64,000 nt of DNA. Source: Mobula hypostoma. Its lineage: Eukaryota. Of the stretch, positions 59,391 to 64,000 are shown piece by piece. Within the stretch, counting starts at the first letter, position 1, and the number at the start of each line of letters is the position of its first letter. The translations under genes and the position numbers were made by a program. The notes beneath the pieces were generated by a model. It searched no databases, had not been told where the DNA came from, and worked only from the letters and a program-made list of their open reading frames with translations. The DNA is taken from positions 25,918,001 through 25,982,000 of the forward strand of contig NC_086097.1 of NCBI RefSeq assembly GCF_963921235.1. The letters are read 5' to 3'.

Positions 59391-60190
59391 TTGGCTGCTT
59401 ATCAAACCAACATTTCATTTTGTTTTGAGAAATCTTTAAGTTTTGTCTCGCTAGACTACAGGCTTAGTGTAGTTTATTTTTGAACTTCAAAACATAGTCT
59501 AACAAGTTAACATGTACATCCCCATCAGTCCACTGTTCCTTTAACAAGGTCAAAGTTCCCCTCACTCTATGACCAAATGCAAGTTCAAATGGACTAAAGC
59601 CCAGTCATTCCTATACCAACTCTCTTACTGCAAACAAAAGCAAATGTATTCCTTCATCCCAGTCTTTTCCATTTTCAATACAGTATGTCTTAATCACTGT
59701 TTTGAGGGTAGAAAAGCCCCTTGTGATTCCAGATGGTACGCAGACGATGTAGTTTAGCTCCCAGTTCATAAACTACCTGCTGGAACAATCCAGTTGTAAA
59801 ATTACTTTGTTGATCAGATTGGATTCCTTTAGGCAAACCAAATAAAATAAAAAACTTGGTAAGAGCCCTCCCCACAGTTTTAGCTTTAATATTTCTGAGA
59901 GGTATTGCCTCTGGGAATCTGGATGCAGTACACATAATAGTTAGCAAATACTGATGGCCAGCTTTAGTCTTTGGCAATGGGCCAACACAATCCACTGTAT
60001 CTTTGGAAAAGGGTTCACCGAATGCAGGTATAGGCCGGAGTGGGGTCACTGGGGTGAACTGATTGGGTTTACCCGCAACTTGACAAGTGTGACAGGTTCT
60101 GCAAAAGGTCACAACATCTTTCCTCAAATTAGGCCAGTAAAATTCTTTCATAATCCTGTTTACAGTTTTATTCACTCCAAAATAAACAAG
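59390..60190 (-). mobile_element. Ty3/Gypsy LTR-retrotransposon integrase remnant
   Basis: FYWPNLRKDVVTFCRTCHTCQ zinc-binding end, VDCVGPLPKTK..YLLTIMCTASRFPEAIPL..IQSDQ catalytic core, frameshifted continuation (GFSPFELAFGH). Confidence 0.88.
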
Positions 60191-60527
60191 ATGTACAAAA
60201 TTAAGAGGAATTAGATAGAGTGGACAGCCAGCGCCTCTTCCCCAGGGCACCACTGCTCAATACAAGAGGACATGGCTTTAAGGATAAGGGATGGGAAGTT
60301 CAAGGGGGATATTAGAGGAAGGTTTTTTACTCAGAGAGTGGTTGGTGCGTGGAATGCACTGCCCGAGTCAGTGGTGGAGGCAGATACACTAGTGAAGTTT
60401 AAGAGACTACTAGACAGGTATATGGAGGAATTTAAGGTGGGGTGTTATATGAGAGGCAGGGTTTGAGGGTCAGCACAACATTGTGAGCCAAAGGGCCTGT
60501 ACTGTGCTGTTCTATGTTCTATATGTT
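60190..60527 (+). mobile_element. CR1 3' fragment inserted at the Gypsy remnant
   Basis: KFKGDIRGRFFTQRVVGAWNALP, ctatgtt-type tail. Confidence 0.75.
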
Positions 60528-61139
60528 CCCCTGAGGTGACCATGTCAGATTTCATAGGGGCAAGTAAAAAAATACAAGATTTTTTGGGCCAGAAGAGTTT
60601 CTGAGTGGGCCATGATAAGTTTACTGTTTTAATGAAATATTACTAAAATATAGAAATAAAAAAGAAATGAATATATGTATGAAATTTAGTTGGAACCCTG
60701 AATGAATGGGAAAATATGCTAGGTGATGCAAATGTGTGTGCGTGTGTGCGTGTGTGCAGCCCACTGAGCACCATTTCACAGTCACCCCCCAAATCACAAA
60801 CTGTAGATTGGGCAGAGCTGTCTGCAGCAAGGACAATCAGCGACTATGCAGCAGGAGGCTGGTTCCATTTGCCTTCCACTGACCCGTGCATGTTATAATA
60901 CTTATAAAACATGACATGAAGGCTGCAGCAGGGTCATCTGCCAGAAATGAGAACGCACGAAGTCTACCATTGCATCACTATCTACCACTACAACTTTCAT
61001 TACATCCCTGATACTTGTATTTAGAAAGGAAGTTCAATTTGCTTTCCTTGATAGCATTGTAGCATTTCTAGGTGAAAAGCAGCTTGGAGAACAAATAGCC
61101 TCCCCCCCCCCCCCTTTAGCTTTTTCTTTAAAGCTCTCT

Positions 61140-62375
61140 TTAGATAGGGTCGCAAAGAAAGTTTTTGGCACATTGGTCATAAATCAAAGTATAGAGTGCA
61201 GGAGTTGGGATGTTACATTAAAGTTGTATAAAACTTGGTGAGGCCTGATTTGGAGTGTTGTATGCAGTTTTGGTCACCTACCTACAGGAAAGATGTAAAT
61301 AAGGTTGAAAGAATACAGAGAAAATTTACAAGCATGTTGCTGGGACTGGAGGACCAGAGTAACAAGAAAAGATTGAATAGGTTAGGACTTTATTCCTTGA
61401 AACATAGAAGATTGAGCGGAGATTATACAAGCGGAGGTATACAAAATTAAGAGGGGTATAAATTGGTTTATTAAGGTTGTCATAGCTGGGAGTGGTAGCG
61501 GGGATAAGCTCCCACTACCTATTAAATGCTCCCAATGGTGTACAGTATATCTTAAATAGCCTGCGACAACCAAGTCCAGCTCCTTCACGTGTGGCTTAGC
61601 TACCAAGTCTAGCAGAACCTTTTCCACAGACAGGAAGAGGGACAACGGTAGGTTACTGGTGCCTTAAAACCAGTTGCTTCGGGCAGATGTGGCTCGTCAG
61701 CCATAGTTAGTAACGCACTTAGGAGAACTGAAACTCTGATCTCAAACCTCCACCGCCTTGTAGCTATACTCTCTCATAGGGAAGGTTTCAGGAGTAAACT
61801 CAGAGGGAAGAATCCAGAGCTGGAGTCCCTAAGGCAGTCCAAAGTCAAGTTCAATGCTGACTGTCAACTCTTACAACAGAGCTGGTGCCAAACTGTATCA
61901 GTCTCTGTCATTTCTTTGAGTATATCAAATGCATGGAGAGGTGGAGCTTGCTACGAGGGTAACGGCTTGCTTTCGATATTACACTGCCCTGACTTGTGTA
62001 TCTAAAAGGCTGGGATGCATCATCCTGTCCAACAGTGGCCTCAGAAGATAGGAGGAATGCAAGCAGGCTTTTTCCACTGAAGCTGAGTGAGACTACAACT
62101 AGAGGTCAACTAGAAGACTACAACTAGGGCAAAAGGTGAAGTGTTTTAGGGGAACATGAGGGGAAACCTCTTCACTCAGAGGGTCACAAGAGTGTGGAAT
62201 GAGCTGCCAGCGTAAGCTCGATTTCGACATTTAAGTTTGGATAGGTAAATGGATGGGAGGGGTATACAGGGCAATGGTCCCAGTGCAGGTCAATGGGAGT
62301 AGGCAGTTTCAATGGTTCAGCATCACTGGATGGGCTGAAGGGCCTATTTCTGTGCTGTACTTTTCTATGACTATG
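61140..62375 (+). mobile_element. CR1 3' fragment interrupted by an unclassified insertion of about 580 bp (about 61465-62045)
   Basis: LVRPDLECCMQFWSPTYRKDVNKVERIQRKF, then the CR1 sequence resumes near 62060. Confidence 0.65.
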
Positions 62376-63038
62376 TTGCTGCCAGGTCTGACATATTTTA
62401 GCTCTCAGATATTTGAGAAACTGAATTTATTAAACTAACAGTTAAAAAATAGTTGCAATCTCAAATCATACAAAGGAGCTACAACCCTTTTCCATGGAAA
62501 ACTCAAACCTGTTTATGCAATTTCCTTCTCTGGCCACTCTTAAAATAGAATTGCAAGATGATCTAATTGTATATCTGATCATTTGAAACAACCGCACATT
62601 GATAGGGAATTTTGGTTTGAGATCTGCTGGAGATGCATTTTCCAGACTGGGTGGCGGATCCATTTAGGGTGAATATGAGTGATGTTGACACCACATTGCA
62701 AGAATGTCTCATGGGGCTGCAGAGTGATACAACAGCTAAATCAAAATTCAAACACAGCAAACAAAATTTCTGGATAACTAGTGATATTCAAAATAAGTTT
62801 CCACAGCTCTGGGAGAAAGCAAAGTTGTTTTTAATTGGATTCCCCACCTCTTATCCAGTTGAATATGGTTTTAGTGAAGCATTTCTCTTGCTATCAAAAG
62901 CTTATAACCATCTTGATGTTGTGAAAAGAGGTGATCTTCGATTATCTTTAACTAAATTGCAACCAGATATTCTAAAACACGCAAGTTTGCATCAGTCACA
63001 AGGATCTCACTAAATACTCAAACTAACAATATTATGCA

Positions 63039-63398
63039 ACGCACATCAAAGTCGCTGGTGAACACAGCAGGCCAGGCAGCATCTCTAGGAAGAGGTACAG
63101 TCGACATTTCGGGCCAAGACCCTTCATCAGGACTAACTGAAAGAAGAGCTAGAAAGAGATTTGAAAGTGGGAGGGGGAGGAGGAGGGGGAGATCCAAAAT
63201 GATAGGAGAAGACAGGAGGGGGAGGGATAGAGCTAAGAGCTGGACAGGTGATTGGCAAAAGGAGATACAAGAAGATCATGGGACAGGAGGTCCGGGGAGA
63301 AAGAAAAGGGGGGGGGGAAGCCCAGAGGATGGGCAAGGGGTATAGTGAGAGGGACAGAGGGAGAAAAAGGAGAGAGAAGAAGAATGTGTGCATATTAT
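63039..63398 (-). mobile_element. Penelope-derived insertion nested in a hAT element
   Basis: Reverse complement closely matches 40610-40950; probable TSD tattatgca at 63030-63038 and 63399-63407. Confidence 0.7.
63099..63134 (-). ncRNA. Minimal hammerhead ribozyme motif (stem III CG>TG)
   Basis: Minus strand AGTC-CTGATGA-AGGGTCTTGGCCC-GAAA-TG-TC-GACT. Confidence 0.65.
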
Positions 63399-64000
63399 TA
63401 TTATGCACTTTTTCATAGCTGGTTGGAAGAATATTATATATTACAAAAAAAGTATCCTGTTCAGAGCTTTGGAGTAGTTTTATTTCTCAAATTCAGCTCT
63501 AACATTATATTTAACTAATAATACCAACATAAATATTGGCTGTATATTAGAATAATTAGTACAGTTGACAAAAAGAACCTTAGTAACTAATGGAAACATT
63601 GGAAGGTGGGGGCCACAGAGGTAAATGAAAGTCACAAGTGGGCCCCGAGCAGTAAATGGTTGAGAACCACTGCTATGCATATACAGTCAGATGACAATAG
63701 TCTTGAACTTGATGTTCTGCATTCTTTTAGAGTTGTCTCTTGTACCTATTCAGTCTACTGATGTGTTGAAATGATCTGTATGGATGGTGTGGCAGCGTTA
63801 GTTTGTTATGGCCACATACACAGAAAAATGTTTATGTGCTATCCAGGTACCAGTGAGCACAGCTACACAGAACACTGTCACAGGAGAGCAGCATCCACCA
63901 TCCAGGACCCCACCACCCCGACTACACTCGCTTCTCTCTGCTACCATCAGGATCATCAGGACTCAGACCACCAGGTTCAGGAACAGCTGTTACTCCTTGT

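Larger units (their letters stand above)
62385..63672 (+). mobile_element. hAT-Charlie/Buster DNA transposon 3' part
   Basis: ORF 62633..63013 (WVADPF..FW..FPQLWEKAKLFLIGFPTSYPVEYGFS..GDLRLSLTKLQPDI) is a hAT C-terminal dimerisation region; terminal ggttgagaaccactg at 63658-63672 is a Charlie-type TIR. Confidence 0.85.

Noticed and set aside
62633..63013. Possible domesticated ZBED5/SCAND3-like gene
   Set aside because: Upstream frame is broken and a TIR is retained, so it is a transposon remnant.
52330..64000. Neighbouring or divergent protein-coding gene (STON2 is adjacent in human)
   Set aside because: No recognisable host exons; the region is almost entirely repeat-derived.
1..64000. 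CRISPR arrays, operons or other prokaryotic systems
   Set aside because: Sequence is intron-containing vertebrate DNA; the recurring short repeats are dispersed transposon ends, not repeat-spacer arrays.

Overview
Eukaryotic (vertebrate) genomic DNA; the repeat landscape (CR1 LINEs, V-SINEs, Penelope-like remnants, Rex1/Babar fragments) suggests a cartilaginous fish, probably a ray (inference). The one host gene is GTF2A1 (TFIIA alpha/beta precursor) on the minus strand. I reconstructed nine coding exons by hand with GT-AG boundaries and consistent phase (51895 down to 1246; 1080 nt, 360 aa); the last exon lies left of the window. A CpG-island promoter at about 51.9-52.3 kb has TATA, BANP, ZNF143 and NRF1-like motifs, and a second promoter-like island sits about 1.2 kb into intron 1. 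The rest is mostly transposon debris: three large CR1 copies, Rex1/Babar, a Gypsy integrase, hAT-Charlie, Tc1/mariner/pogo derivatives and several SINE families. Items most worth following up: (1) minimal type I hammerhead ribozymes in Penelope-derived insertions bounded by target-site duplications, plus fold-back mini-elements of that family; (2) an unexplained 74-nt four-way-junction fold inside a hairpin cluster in intron 4; (3) inverted CR1 copies bracketing exons 2-3; (4) a tRNA-SINE with three different tails; (5) a splice donor regenerated at the exon 7/8 junction that could remove the Taspase-1 site in frame. No wholly new system is proven from sequence alone.
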